Shown here one piece after another: positions 40,513 to 40,668 of a stretch of DNA of 40,668 bases. The stretch is from NCBI GenBank assembly GCA_039179045.1, contig JBCDEZ010000006.1, positions 1 to 40,668 of the forward strand, written 5' to 3'. Position numbers and translations under genes: made by a program. The stretch comes from Chlamydiota bacterium (GTDB taxonomy: Bacteria > Chlamydiota > Chlamydiia > Chlamydiales > SM23-39). Each line of letters starts with the position of its first letter. Within the stretch, counting starts at the first letter, position 1. The notes below the pieces were generated by a model. That model had not been told where the DNA came from. It saw only the letters and a list, made by a program, of their open reading frames with translations, and ran no database searches.

Positions 40513-40668
40513 TCTGGGAACCTGTCGGTTTTCAAGAGATTCTGCGATGAGCTCTGCAAAAAAGTATCTATGCAGTGGGGATATGGAAAAACGGGATATG
40601 GACTGTTTTTCAAAAAAACAGGCACTTTTCGGATGATTTAGCGGTCCAAAATTAAAAAATACATGCAA

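Noticed and set aside
40513..40668. Possible cydX/cydS small ORF, and a GGGATATGGA direct repeat (40578-87, 40593-602)
   Set aside because: The short ORFs lack a hydrophobic helix; two 10-nt copies are too little to call a repeat or CRISPR.

Overview
Window from an environmental Chlamydiae (phylum Chlamydiota) chromosome. The backbone follows the conserved chlamydial gene order: sufE-like, infA, tRNA-Thr, tuf, tRNA-Trp, secE, nusG, rplK/A/J/L, rpoB, rpoC, tal, a CT311-like secreted protein, a V/A-type ATPase (E, C-like, A, B, D, I, K) and a CT303-like lipoprotein. Accessory material includes: (i) the left end of a frameshifted ISAs1-family element at the window start, missed by the ORF track; (ii) decayed ORF fragments at about 514-1038 and 2740-3014; (iii) an orphan 569-aa protein made of two diverged copies of a ~205-aa domain, inserted between rpoC and tal; (iv) three signal-peptide + single-helix microproteins sharing a G-x-[GA]-A-x-x-S...W motif; (v) a NUDIX hydrolase, an osmoprotectant-type ABC transporter, two tandem AGCS amino-acid symporters, an orphan ORF preceded by an 82-nt rod-like hairpin, a stand-alone TolC, and cydAB. 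The RNA polymerase carries substitutions at normally near-invariant positions, e.g. trigger loop TMRTFH to TMKTFH. No CRISPR array, rRNA or prophage is evident. All calls come from reading the sequence, and CT locus numbers are recalled synteny, not search results.
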